Sequence record: SRR20825019_994 | Strand: one strand, 5' to 3' | DNA: 52,387 nucleotides | Shown: positions 1-8,932 of the stretch, piece by piece | Layout: each line of letters opens with the position of its first letter | How positions within the stretch are numbered: position 1 is the stretch's first letter | Position numbers and translations under genes: made by a program | Notes under the pieces: generated by a model | Seen by the model: only the letters and a program-made list of their open reading frames with translations | Told to the model about the DNA's origin: nothing | Databases searched by the model: none

Positions 1-484
1 TGCCGGTCCACTCGCCGCTGATCAGCTTGGTGAGGTAAGTCTGCTTCTGCTCTTCAGTGCCGTGGGCTTCAATGGTGTTGGTCGCACCGTGGCTGAGGCC
101 GGGATACATGCCCCAGGACCAGTTGGCGGTACCCACCATCTCGCTCATTACCAGGCCAAGAGAGTGTGGCAGGCCCTGGCCACCATAGTTGGGATCAGCG
201 GTCATGGACGGCCAGCCGCCTTCCACGTACTGCTGATAGGCCTCTTTGAAGCCGGTTGGCGTTTTCACGCCGTCTTCGCTCCAGGTGCAGCCTTCTTTAT
301 CGCCCACCTGGTTCAGCGGAGACAGAACCTGCTCACAGAACTTGGCACCTTCCCCGATGATGGCATCGACCATATCCGGAGTTGCATCTTCGGCGCCTTC
401 CAGATTGGCGTAGTGCTGCTCGCTGTCCAGCAGCTCGTTCATTACGAATTTAATGTCACGCAGGGGCGCTTTGTAGTCAGGCAT
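1..484 (-). CDS. Acyl-CoA dehydrogenase, N-terminal part (runs off the window edge)
   Basis: Manual translation from the ATG at 484: MPDYKAPLRDIKFVMNELL...GFKEAYQQYVEGGW...YGGQGLP...WGMYPGLSHGA...HGTEEQKQTYLTKLISGEWTG, typical of the PA0506/FadE-like family. Not in the ORF track because it is truncated. Confidence 0.92.
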   Translation of the reverse strand, partial: MPDYKAPLRDIKFVMNELLDSEQHYANLEGAEDATPDMVDAIIGEGAKFCEQVLSPLNQVGDKEGCTWSEDGVKTPTGFKEAYQQYVEGGWPSMTADPNYGGQGLPHSLGLVMSEMVGTANWSWGMYPGLSHGATNTIEAHGTEEQKQTYLTKLISGEWTG

Positions 485-583
485 GGAATCCACCTCAGGT
501 TTTCGGTCTCAGCTGCGACACGGTCACAACACTCAGCCTCGGGATTTACTCATACGCTCAGCAAGAGAAGCTGAACGCCAATA

Positions 584-627
584 AAACACTTGTTTGAAAC
601 ATACGTTTAGAGGCACAGAATTGTCAA
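584..627 (-). promoter_or_regulatory. Sigma70-like promoter with tandem PsrA-type operators
   Basis: AAAC-ACTT-GTTTG (584-596) and GAAAC-ATAC-GTTT (596-608) fit the PsrA consensus (C/G)AAAC-N2-4-GTTT(G/C). On the minus strand TTGACA (627-622) lies 18 nt before TATGTT (603-598), which overlaps the second box. Confidence 0.7.
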
Positions 628-721
628 TAGGCGCAATCAAAATTTGTGTTGTGTTTTGTCGCGAATGTGTACCGATGGCTTAAGCACACGGGGAGGTTTT
701 AGACTAAAAAGCAGCTTGTTT

Positions 722-1450
722 TCAGGCTGTTGCCCGGAAGGATGAAGGGGGATTGGCGCTTACATCATTGCTCCCGACGCCGGAGATGACCTGATAGGCA
801 TTCGTCGCTTCCTGCGACTGCTTTGCACTGCTTTCGTCACCCGCCTGGTCCTCGGACACTTCAGATTGCCCGGACTCGTCAGTGCGACCCAACTCTGAGG
901 AGAGTTCAGCTTGTGCCTGCAGCATCAACTGCATGGCCTCTGCCGCCACCGCCCGGTCTTGTGGGGAAGGCTCTGCCGGCGCCAACGCTGCGGCCCTGAC
1001 CACACGCATTTTATCGATTGTCGCCTGGGGATCTCCCCGCACGGGCGAGGTGCTAATCGAGACCTCGCCACCAACAGCGTACTGGGCACCGTCGGGGCCC
1101 CGTTCATAGACGTAGGAAATGGAACCGGCGTACTGGCCGCCAACCGCCTGATGGGCTGCCTCATGGGCACGAACCTCACGGTCCCTGGCTTTCAGTTCCG
1201 TAAGCTGTTTCAGCTCTGCCTCATCCAGGCCCTGAGCATCCTCTACGCTGGAACCCTGCGAGCGGGTACGATCCTCCGCAGCATTATCGTCAGCTACGCG
1301 GTCGGACCCGGAGGTTTCAGGAGATGTTCGAGATGAAGGTGATTCATCCGAAGATGGCCGGAGAGGGGCACGCGCAGCTGCGTCTCCCGAGCCAACGGAA
1401 GGCGTAGGAAAGGCAGAAGCCATTGACGGAAGGGAGCCCGAAATCATCAT
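722..1450 (-). CDS. SprA-related / putative metalloprotease family protein
   Basis: Core LKARDREVRAHEAAH...YERGPDGAQYAVGGEV...AALAPAEPSPQDRAVA with an HExxH motif and low-complexity acidic flanks. Confidence 0.8.
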   Translation of the reverse strand: MMISGSLPSMASAFPTPSVGSGDAAARAPLRPSSDESPSSRTSPETSGSDRVADDNAAEDRTRSQGSSVEDAQGLDEAELKQLTELKARDREVRAHEAAHQAVGGQYAGSISYVYERGPDGAQYAVGGEVSISTSPVRGDPQATIDKMRVVRAAALAPAEPSPQDRAVAAEAMQLMLQAQAELSSELGRTDESGQSEVSEDQAGDESSAKQSQEATNAYQVISGVGSNDVSANPPSSFRATA

Positions 1451-1511
1451 GTCAGCAGACTGGCCGTCGAATCCAAAGGACCTGAACAGGGCTCGGACGC
1501 CCTGAGAGGGT

Positions 1512-1757
1512 TCAGGCAGTAATATCCAGAAGCGTTCCCAGGGTTTCGTCGGCGGTTTTCACTACCTGGGCCGAGGCTTCAACGCTGCGCTCGTACAGTT
1601 TCAGATCAATGATCGGTTCCACGAGGCCACCGACACCTTCTGCCGTGCCCTGGGGGCCATCAACACCGCCACGGGCAATCCTGCGGGCGGCATTTTCCAT
1701 GCCTTGCATGCCGTCCTGGATACCCTGAATACCAATGCCTAATGTATTGCTGATCAT
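1512..1757 (-). CDS. Small hypothetical protein resembling fused N- and C-terminal helices of flagellar rod/hook proteins
   Basis: MISNTLGIGIQGIQ...AARRIA...LYERSVEASAQVVKTADETLGTLLDITA. ATG at 1757 preferred over the track's upstream start. Confidence 0.7.
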   Translation of the reverse strand: MISNTLGIGIQGIQDGMQGMENAARRIARGGVDGPQGTAEGVGGLVEPIIDLKLYERSVEASAQVVKTADETLGTLLDITA

Positions 1758-1808
1758 AACCGCGCAGCCCAATGACCATATATTGACACCAGTAAGCCAC
1801 AAATTTGG

Positions 1809-2501
1809 TCAATTTTCAAACAAAACGGCAACATCCAGGGCTTCGGCCAGCTCCTTCGGGTCGGCACGCTTCTGCCATGGCAACACCCCCAGGCATGGCG
1901 CGGGCAGGTTCTGAATCAGATAATCGAGGGTTTCCTGCTCACAGTTCATGGCCGCGGGGTCCGGCCGATTGGCCACCCAGCCTGCGACAGGCAAGCCATC
2001 ACGGCGGATAGCTTCAGCGGTTAACAGTGCATGGTTGATACAGCCCAGTTTCAGGGGTACCACCATAATGACAGGCATACCCAGAGCGACAGGCATGGCG
2101 GCGTAGGTTTCACGATCATTGAGTGGTACCCGCCAGCCGCCGGCACCCTCCACCAACAGTAAATCCGCGGGACGCATCTGCAACCCGCGGCAAAATCCGA
2201 CCAGCCGTTCCGCCGTGAGGTGCCGACCCGCCTGGGCAGCTGCCACATGGGGCGCGATGGCGGGCTGTAAGGCTACCGGGTTCACCTGATCGTAAGGAAA
2301 CGGTTCCGACATGGACTCCATCAGTATCAGCGCATCTTCATTGCGCAGCCCCTCCGGTGTTTCGTCGCAACCAGACGCCACTGGTTTCATCGCAAGCGTT
2401 TTCTTCCCCAGGGTAGCGGCCGCCTCAAGAATCGCAGCAGACACCAGCGTTTTCCCCACGCCGGTGTCGGTACCCGTCACAAAGTAACTCTTTCTGGCCA
2501 T
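1809..2501 (-). CDS. bioD: Dethiobiotin synthase
   Basis: FVTGTDTGVGKT P-loop, KPVASG, VEGAGG, LGCINH. Confidence 0.97.
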   Translation of the reverse strand: MARKSYFVTGTDTGVGKTLVSAAILEAAATLGKKTLAMKPVASGCDETPEGLRNEDALILMESMSEPFPYDQVNPVALQPAIAPHVAAAQAGRHLTAERLVGFCRGLQMRPADLLLVEGAGGWRVPLNDRETYAAMPVALGMPVIMVVPLKLGCINHALLTAEAIRRDGLPVAGWVANRPDPAAMNCEQETLDYLIQNLPAPCLGVLPWQKRADPKELAEALDVAVLFEN

Positions 2502-2520
2502 AGATCAATGAATCCCCATG

Positions 2521-3345
2521 TCAGTCCGGCAGACGGCAACCCAGCCATGCCGATGTGTAAGTGGCCTGTATCCGGCGTTCCCCGTCTCGCGGATAATAAC
2601 GGCACATGGCCCGCAAACGGCCAGGCGCGGTCGCGCTTTGCCGCCGCGAGGCGCCTTTGTACCCGGCGCCGATAGCCTTGAGCTCCGCCAACAGAGCCAG
2701 CGGCGAGGGATAATCCAGTGAAATGGTCTCGATCGCAAGTTGCGGATCCGGGAGCGTTTCAAATGCCTGCTCCCGAAAACGCGCTTCCGATTCAAAACGA
2801 TTCACATGCTGGTGCCCGGGGTCTGCCCGGTGCCATGCTTCCCGAAGTTCGTCAAGGGTACCCTCCAGCAATGTCGACACCAGTAGCCGACCGCCTGGGC
2901 GCAGAACCCGGCGGCATTCAGCAAGCACACCGGCCGGGTCACGGCACCACTGAATCATCAAATTGCTGAAGACCACGTCCACACTGTTATCCGGCAACGG
3001 CAACGCCTCGGCATCCGCCTCGATCCACCGAATGCCGCTCGGGTTGGCAGATCGGGCGTAACGAAGCATTCCCGCAGCAATATCAACGCCAGTCACCTGG
3101 CTCCCCGGAATCGACGCCAACTGCCCTGTAAACCACCCAGTGCCGCTACCCAGATCGAGTATCTGGAGTCCATCTGCGCTTTGGGCCTGATGCAGCCCTT
3201 CCTTCAACTGGTCCAGCAAGACCTGGCCCATATAGCGCTGCAGCCGGGCAGCGGGATTGTAGGTATGGGAAGCTGAGCCGAAATCGCGGGCAATTGTGGA
3301 TTTCGGGGGCACCCAGTCGTGGATATTGGATGTTACAGGGTCCAT
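2521..3345 (-). CDS. bioC: Malonyl-ACP O-methyltransferase
   Basis: LDLGSGTG SAM motif, SNLMIQW, position in the bio operon. Confidence 0.93.
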   Translation of the reverse strand: MDPVTSNIHDWVPPKSTIARDFGSASHTYNPAARLQRYMGQVLLDQLKEGLHQAQSADGLQILDLGSGTGWFTGQLASIPGSQVTGVDIAAGMLRYARSANPSGIRWIEADAEALPLPDNSVDVVFSNLMIQWCRDPAGVLAECRRVLRPGGRLLVSTLLEGTLDELREAWHRADPGHQHVNRFESEARFREQAFETLPDPQLAIETISLDYPSPLALLAELKAIGAGYKGASRRQSATAPGRLRAMCRYYPRDGERRIQATYTSAWLGCRLPD

Positions 3346-4085
3346 TCAACCTCCTTGCCGAAAACAAACTGAAGGATTTCGTCATGGCAACGCGAAAGCG
3401 CCTGCCCTCGAGGCCAATGGGTCATACCGGTTACCCTAACGACCTTGGCGGCTGGAGACGGATGAAACGAGTGCTCCCAACATTCAACGACCACATCGTT
3501 GCTCGCCTGAAGATGCAGCGTCGGCACTGGTAAAGCACCCCACAGAGACCGCTGATCTTCGCTGCCCAACCAGTCCAGGCCCCGAACCAGGTTCACGTCG
3601 CTGACAGAAGGCCCTCGCGCAAGCCAGGGGCGCAGTTCCTGCCGGGCTTGCGACTCATCATAGCTGCCGTGAATCAAAAGTCGCTGAAAGCGCCGCCAGG
3701 CAAGGCCGGCGTTTTGCGACACCTGTTCCCGGAATGTCTCAAAAGTATCCACTTCCATCCCTGTGGACCACTGCTCCCCAGCCACAAAGCGGGGAAACCC
3801 CGCCAGAGTGATTGCCTTGCGGACCTGGGGACAACTGCGTGAGGCAGCCGCCATTACCACCTGCGCCCCCTGGGACCAACCCGCCCAAACTGACGGGCAC
3901 GGATAACGCTCCAGCAGATAATCCGCCACCCCCGTGATCGAGTCGCATCGGGACATCAGGGCGTCGTTCAGCGATATCAGATGAATCTCCCCTGGCCAAC
4001 GATCAAACAACGGAAGCAACATGGCGGCATCGACACCCCAACCACCCACAACCACCAGCGGGATTCGTGATTCCACAGCGTTCAT
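3333..4085 (-). CDS. bioH: Pimeloyl-ACP methyl ester carboxylesterase (alpha/beta hydrolase)
   Basis: GWSQG nucleophile elbow, PRFVA motif, lies between bioF and bioC and overlaps both. Confidence 0.82.
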   Translation of the reverse strand: MNAVESRIPLVVVGGWGVDAAMLLPLFDRWPGEIHLISLNDALMSRCDSITGVADYLLERYPCPSVWAGWSQGAQVVMAAASRSCPQVRKAITLAGFPRFVAGEQWSTGMEVDTFETFREQVSQNAGLAWRRFQRLLIHGSYDESQARQELRPWLARGPSVSDVNLVRGLDWLGSEDQRSLWGALPVPTLHLQASNDVVVECWEHSFHPSPAAKVVRVTGMTHWPRGQALSRCHDEILQFVFGKEVEWTL

Positions 4086-5260
4086 ACCACCTCTGCAGAG
4101 GGCCTGTTCAGTAGTGAACGGCAGTCCGCCAATGCGGACAGCAACGTTGCCAGGTCTTCCGAAGAGTGCGCAGCGCTGAAGGTGACCCGCAAACGAGCTT
4201 GGCCTTCCGGCACAGTCGGCGGCCTGATCGCCGTAACCATTAGCCCCCTCTCCTCCAGGGCCTGACTCAATGCCAGGGCTGCCCAGTTGTCGCCCACCAA
4301 GATTGGCTGAATTGGTGTGCGCGATGGCATCAACTCATAGCCCAGTGCCGATGCCTCCTGGCGAAACTCTGAGATCAGCATCTGCAGGTGACTGCGACGG
4401 CTATCTTCCCGTTCGATCAGGTCAAAGCTGGCACAGGTGGCCAGAGCGATGGCCGGAGGCATGGCGGTGGTGTAGATATAGGTGCGGGCCTTCTGTACCA
4501 GGTAATCCATCAACAGCTGGGGGCCAGCCACAAAGGCGCCACTGGTGCCCACAGCCTTGCCCAGGGTGCCGATCAATATGGGCACGTCCTCCTCGGACAA
4601 TCCCTGCTCCATCAGGCTGCCCCGCCCCTGAGGCCCCAGGACGCCCAAACCATGGGCGTCATCCACCACCAGAAGGGCCTCGTGCGCCCGGCACAGTGCC
4701 GCCAACTCCCTCAATGGCGCGATATCCCCATCCATGCTGAATACGCCGTCTGTCACCACCAACTTGTGGCCACCGGTAGCGGCAAGCATGTCAGCCAGGG
4801 CACTCATATCACCGTGGCGATAACGACGCACCCTGGCGCGGCTGAGAACACAACCATCGATGATGGAGGCATGGTTCAGGCGATCAGAGAAGATGGTATC
4901 GCCACGGCCAGCCAGCGCAGAGATAACGCCCATATTGGCCATGTAGCCGGTCGAAAAAAACAGCGCAGCACTGCGGCGGGTAAATTCCGCTAGCCGCAGT
5001 TCCAGTTGGTGGTGGGCATCGTGGTGACCGCAAATCAGATGCGAAGCGGCGCCGCCAAAACCGGTGTTTGGCATGGCCTCAGTGGCAGCCTTGATAATCC
5101 CGGGGTGATTCGCCAGCCCCAGGTAATCGTTGCTGCAGAACGACAGTAGCGGCACGCCATCGGAAACCAACGCGGGCTGCTGGGGGCCGCTGATCTGGCG
5201 GCGGGTGCGGTAAAGCCCCGCCTGTTTTCGCTCTTCCAGCTCTGCTGCAAAGTCACGCAT
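4082..5260 (-). CDS. bioF: 8-amino-7-oxononanoate synthase
   Basis: SNDYLGL, NHASIIDG, VFSMDGD, DDAHG, TLGKA (PLP lysine), IRPPTVP. Confidence 0.97.
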   Translation of the reverse strand: MRDFAAELEERKQAGLYRTRRQISGPQQPALVSDGVPLLSFCSNDYLGLANHPGIIKAATEAMPNTGFGGAASHLICGHHDAHHQLELRLAEFTRRSAALFFSTGYMANMGVISALAGRGDTIFSDRLNHASIIDGCVLSRARVRRYRHGDMSALADMLAATGGHKLVVTDGVFSMDGDIAPLRELAALCRAHEALLVVDDAHGLGVLGPQGRGSLMEQGLSEEDVPILIGTLGKAVGTSGAFVAGPQLLMDYLVQKARTYIYTTAMPPAIALATCASFDLIEREDSRRSHLQMLISEFRQEASALGYELMPSRTPIQPILVGDNWAALALSQALEERGLMVTAIRPPTVPEGQARLRVTFSAAHSSEDLATLLSALADCRSLLNRPSAEVV

Positions 5261-5288
5261 GGCCAGCCCTCACAGACATGCTGTCTGC

Positions 5289-6395
5289 CTATGCAGACTC
5301 ACGGGTGGCATCGTAGAACATGTGACGGGTCTGTTCGTATTCGACCGCTTCAACGATAGCTTCTTCCGCTTCCTGTTCGGTGCAGGACTGCTCGCGCTCT
5401 TCAGGCCGAATGCCCAGACGCTTGAACAACTCGCGGTCCGCATCCGCCTCGGGGTTGGCGGTCGTCAGCAGCTTCTCGCCATAGAAAATCGAGTTCGCAC
5501 CAGCCAGGAAGCACAGGGACTGCATCTGCTCATTCATATTTTCACGGCCCGCAGACAATCGCACGTGCGAGGCAGGCATCATGATCCGAGCAACAGCGAT
5601 GGTGCGGATAAAGTCGAACGGGTCCAGATCTTCCACATTTTCCATCGGCGTTCCTGCCACCTTCACCAGCATGTTCACCGGCACGCTCTCCGGATGGTGG
5701 GGCAGATTCGCCAACTGAACCAGAAGGCCAGCACGATCGTCAGGGTCTTCTCCCATGCCCACGATGCCGCCGCAGCATACTTTCATGCCTGCATTACGGA
5801 CATTCTCGAGGGTGTCCAGCCGGTCCTGATAGGTGCGGGTGGTAATGATATGGCTGTAGTACTTTTCGGACGTATCCAGATTGTGGTTGTAGTAATCCAG
5901 CCCGGCTTCGGCCAGCTCGTCGGCCTGTTCCTGCTTCAGCATGCCGAGAGTCATGCAGGTTTCCAGGCCCAGGGATTTCACCTGGCGCACCATATCCACG
6001 ACATATTCCATGTTTTTCTTCGACGGGCTACGCCAGGCCGCCCCCATACAGAAACGGGACGCGCCCTTTGCCTTGGCGGCCTTGGCCTCAGCAACCACTT
6101 TTTCAATTTCCAGCAGTTTTTCCTTTTCCAGGCCGGTGTTGTAATGACCGCTCTGGGGACAGTATTTACAGTCCTCCGGGCAGGCACCGGTCTTGATGGA
6201 CAGGAGCGTGCTGATCTGCACTTCATTCGGGTCGAAATGCTCACGATGGACGCTCTGAGCCCGGAACACCAGGTCATTGAATGGCAGTTCGAACAACGCA
6301 CGGGCTTCCTGCATGGTCCAATCGTGGCGCGGTGAGGTAGAAAGCGCGGTAGAAGGCGCTATAGAGGGTGCATCGGCGTGTGCGGTGGCAGTCAT
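5289..6395 (-). CDS. bioB: Biotin synthase (radical SAM)
   Basis: CPEDCKYC motif, [16 protein letters not shown]. Confidence 0.98.
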   Translation of the reverse strand: MTATAHADAPSIAPSTALSTSPRHDWTMQEARALFELPFNDLVFRAQSVHREHFDPNEVQISTLLSIKTGACPEDCKYCPQSGHYNTGLEKEKLLEIEKVVAEAKAAKAKGASRFCMGAAWRSPSKKNMEYVVDMVRQVKSLGLETCMTLGMLKQEQADELAEAGLDYYNHNLDTSEKYYSHIITTRTYQDRLDTLENVRNAGMKVCCGGIVGMGEDPDDRAGLLVQLANLPHHPESVPVNMLVKVAGTPMENVEDLDPFDFIRTIAVARIMMPASHVRLSAGRENMNEQMQSLCFLAGANSIFYGEKLLTTANPEADADRELFKRLGIRPEEREQSCTEQEAEEAIVEAVEYEQTRHMFYDATRESA

Positions 6396-6405
6396 GATTC
6401 AGTCC

Positions 6406-6434
6406 TGTTAACTTTACCGGGATTCTGGTTTACG
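6406..6434. promoter_or_regulatory. BirA-type operator, proximal and weaker
   Basis: TGTTAACT-N13-GGTTTACG immediately upstream of the bioB start; resembles the TGTaAACC-N~14-GGTTtACA consensus. Confidence 0.55.
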
Positions 6435-6444
6435 GATTGAACAG

Positions 6445-7224
6445 ATGATAAAGGGACTGAAATCGCTGTCAACCTTGATCACACCAAAGGTTAACAGCGC
6501 GAAACGGATTCCGCGCGCTCAAATCAGCATCAAGGGCTTATTTCAGCTGCGCGGCGGGCAATGCGTGGCCTGCCTGGAACCGCATGCCCATTTCGGGCTC
6601 TGCACTCCCTGCCGGCAGGACTTGCCCGCCAACCACTCGCACTGCCGCTGCTGCGCACTGCCTATCGCCTACGCTGGCGATGAACTCATCTGCGGTCAGT
6701 GCCTGAAAGACCCACCGCCCTTCAGCCGAATCGTCGCGCCCTGGCGCTATCGATTCCCGGTTGACGGTATGGTCCAGCGCTACAAATACAATGGCCAACG
6801 CGCCTATGCCCGCCCCCTGATCCAGGATCTGAGCACTCATCTGACATTGATGCTGGAGACCCATCCTGAACGCACGCCGGACCTGCTTCTGGCCAGCCCG
6901 ATGCATCCGGCCCGTCGACGAAAACGAGGATTCAATCAAGCGGCGGATATTGCAGAGCACATCAGCCGTCAATCGGGCATTCCCTGGAGCGCTGACCTTG
7001 TCGTCAGGAACCGGCGCACCCGGCCACAACGAGGACTGAACCGCGAAGAGCGCCTGGCCAACCTGCGGGGAATCTACCAGGTTACCCGTATACCACCGGC
7101 CAGTATTGCCATCGTTGATGACGTGGTCACCACCGGCGCCACTGCACGAAGCCTGACTGAAGTGCTGCTTGAGGCCGGCGCCAGGGAGGTTCAGATCTGG
7201 GCGCTGGCAAGAACCCCCGGATAA
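6445..7224 (+). CDS. comF: ComF/GntX family phosphoribosyltransferase-like protein with double zinc ribbon
   Basis: Four CxxC pairs, RGFNQA, IVDDVVTTGAT PRT motif; divergent from bioB. Start codon uncertain. Confidence 0.9.
   Translation: MIKGLKSLSTLITPKVNSAKRIPRAQISIKGLFQLRGGQCVACLEPHAHFGLCTPCRQDLPANHSHCRCCALPIAYAGDELICGQCLKDPPPFSRIVAPWRYRFPVDGMVQRYKYNGQRAYARPLIQDLSTHLTLMLETHPERTPDLLLASPMHPARRRKRGFNQAADIAEHISRQSGIPWSADLVVRNRRTRPQRGLNREERLANLRGIYQVTRIPPASIAIVDDVVTTGATARSLTEVLLEAGAREVQIWALARTPG
6464..6499. promoter_or_regulatory. BirA-type operator, distal and near-perfect dyad
   Basis: CGCTGTCAACCTT-N10-AAGGTTAACAGCG; the core TGTCAACC-N14-GGTTAACA spans 6467-6496. Confidence 0.75.
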
Positions 7225-7239
7225 AGGTATGCAAACGCA

Positions 7240-8355
7240 TTAGTCGGCGAGCTGCCCTGCCACTTCATCCGCAATGGCCAAAGCAGCCGTTAATCCCGGC
7301 GACTCAATGCCGAACAGGTGCACCAGTCCGGCAACACCGTGCCGACGTTCTCCGGCGATCCGGAAATCCGCAAACCCACCATCCGGGCCAGCAAGCTTGG
7401 GACGAATGCCGGCATAGGCGGGCTGCAGGCGGGACTCGTCCAATGCTGGCCACCAACGGCGAATACTTTCAGCAAACGACCTTGCCCGACCGGGGTCAAC
7501 CGAGAGGTCCACTCGCTCTATCCATTCAACATCGGGCCCGAATCGAGCCTGGCCCGCTAGATCAAGCGTCAGGTGAACGCCGAGGCCGCCTGGTTCAGGG
7601 ATCGGGTATACCAATGAACGGAAGGGGTGGCGACCGGAATAGCTGAAGTAGACACCTCGGGCCAGCCACTGGCGGGGCGCGATATCCGCTGGCACTCCCT
7701 GCCAGCTCGTGGCCAATGGTACTGCTCCGAGGCCGGCTGCGTTCACCACCCGTTGCGCCCTGAGCTCACAGGGCGCCGGCCCTCCAACCTGCAACCGATG
7801 CTCTCCGTCACAGGTCGCCGCATGTTCTACAGGCGCCTGGCGGACCAAATGGCCACCGTAGTCCTCCAGCTCTCCCAGCAACGACAGCATCACACCATGA
7901 CTGTCTACAATGCCCGTTTCCGGTGAGTACAACGCCTCCTGGGCGGTCACGTCCGGCAGAGACACCCGCAGGGCCCTGCGGGTTACCCGCTGGAGCGGAA
8001 CACCGTTGCGAAGGGCCTGACTGGCGATAGTGTCGAGCCTCTCCACCTGCGACGCGCCATTGGCCACAATCCACTTGCCGGTTTTGCGGTGGTCGATGCC
8101 ACGGGTCTGACAGTACTCATACAACATCCGACGACCACGAACACACAACCGGGCCTTGAGGGAGTCCTCGGGATAGTAGATCCCAGCATGGATAACCTCA
8201 CTATTGCGGGACGACACCCCTTCGCCAAAGTGAGCGCCGGATTCCAGCACCAGCACCTCCCTGCCCTGCTTGGCCAGCGTCCTGGCCACTGCGAGGCCGA
8301 CAATGCCGGCACCGACGACCACGGTATCTGCCTGTACTATGTCTCGCCCTGTCAT
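7240..8355 (-). CDS. FAD-dependent oxidoreductase, L-2-hydroxyglutarate oxidase/dehydrogenase family
   Basis: VVGAGIVG, SSRNSEVIHAGIYY, GLGVHLTLD, GIRPK, GIESPGLTA. Start uncertain (8355 or 8409). Confidence 0.85.
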   Translation of the reverse strand: MTGRDIVQADTVVVGAGIVGLAVARTLAKQGREVLVLESGAHFGEGVSSRNSEVIHAGIYYPEDSLKARLCVRGRRMLYEYCQTRGIDHRKTGKWIVANGASQVERLDTIASQALRNGVPLQRVTRRALRVSLPDVTAQEALYSPETGIVDSHGVMLSLLGELEDYGGHLVRQAPVEHAATCDGEHRLQVGGPAPCELRAQRVVNAAGLGAVPLATSWQGVPADIAPRQWLARGVYFSYSGRHPFRSLVYPIPEPGGLGVHLTLDLAGQARFGPDVEWIERVDLSVDPGRARSFAESIRRWWPALDESRLQPAYAGIRPKLAGPDGGFADFRIAGERRHGVAGLVHLFGIESPGLTAALAIADEVAGQLAD

Positions 8356-8500
8356 CTGCTTTAACGTCACCCGCGTTGTGTTTCGATCGTTTGTCAGCAT
8401 CACCAACACGCTCGTTGGCTAAAAAGCCCGAATCGCATTACGGTGTCGCCCCCGAAACGTTATACTTGGCCGTGAATTGAGTGCACGGAGCAGGGAACCG

Positions 8501-8923
8501 ATGTCTGACAGGAAGCAGTTTATTATTGTAATGCTGGTGGCGGCCATATTTGTTGGCTGGCTTGGCTGGCGAGGCTTTGAAGTCATCAGCCTGAACCAGG
8601 CACTGAAGGCCGATGAAATGGTGGCCAACTATCCTTATCAGCATCGCGTTCTCCGGGTTGAAGGAGGGACCGCCATCATGAGCTCACTGCGCTCCCATGA
8701 AACCTCGACGCACGAAGCACTCACCACCATTTTTCCGAGCATGCGTAACCTGGGAGACAATGATCGTGACTGGCAACGGGCCGAGCGTGAACTGGCCCAG
8801 GTCCAGGCCCAGGCAGGCAACATCGTCCTCAGCGCGTCTGGCATTGATCGGGTGCGATGGGAACTGGACGAAAACTGGTATCACCTCGCCAGCATGAAGT
8901 CCCAACAGAATTCGAGATACTAA
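8501..8923 (+). CDS. Hypothetical single-pass membrane protein
   Basis: ATG preceded by a GGAG/AGGGA-like SD; N-terminal TM (FIIVMLVAAIFVGWLGW); ends 9 nt before srkA. Confidence 0.75.
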   Translation: MSDRKQFIIVMLVAAIFVGWLGWRGFEVISLNQALKADEMVANYPYQHRVLRVEGGTAIMSSLRSHETSTHEALTTIFPSMRNLGDNDRDWQRAERELAQVQAQAGNIVLSASGIDRVRWELDENWYHLASMKSQQNSRY

Positions 8924-8932
8924 ACCTTATTT

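Noticed and set aside
62..574. 170-aa plus-strand ORF
   Set aside because: Antisense to the truncated acyl-CoA dehydrogenase on the minus strand
3333..4085. Possible novel non-BioH pimelate esterase
   Set aside because: Divergent (GGWG rather than HGWG), but the GxSxG and PRF motifs and its operon position fit BioH
5259..6335. 358-aa plus-strand ORF
   Set aside because: Antisense shadow of bioB with no recognisable motifs; common in GC-rich coding DNA
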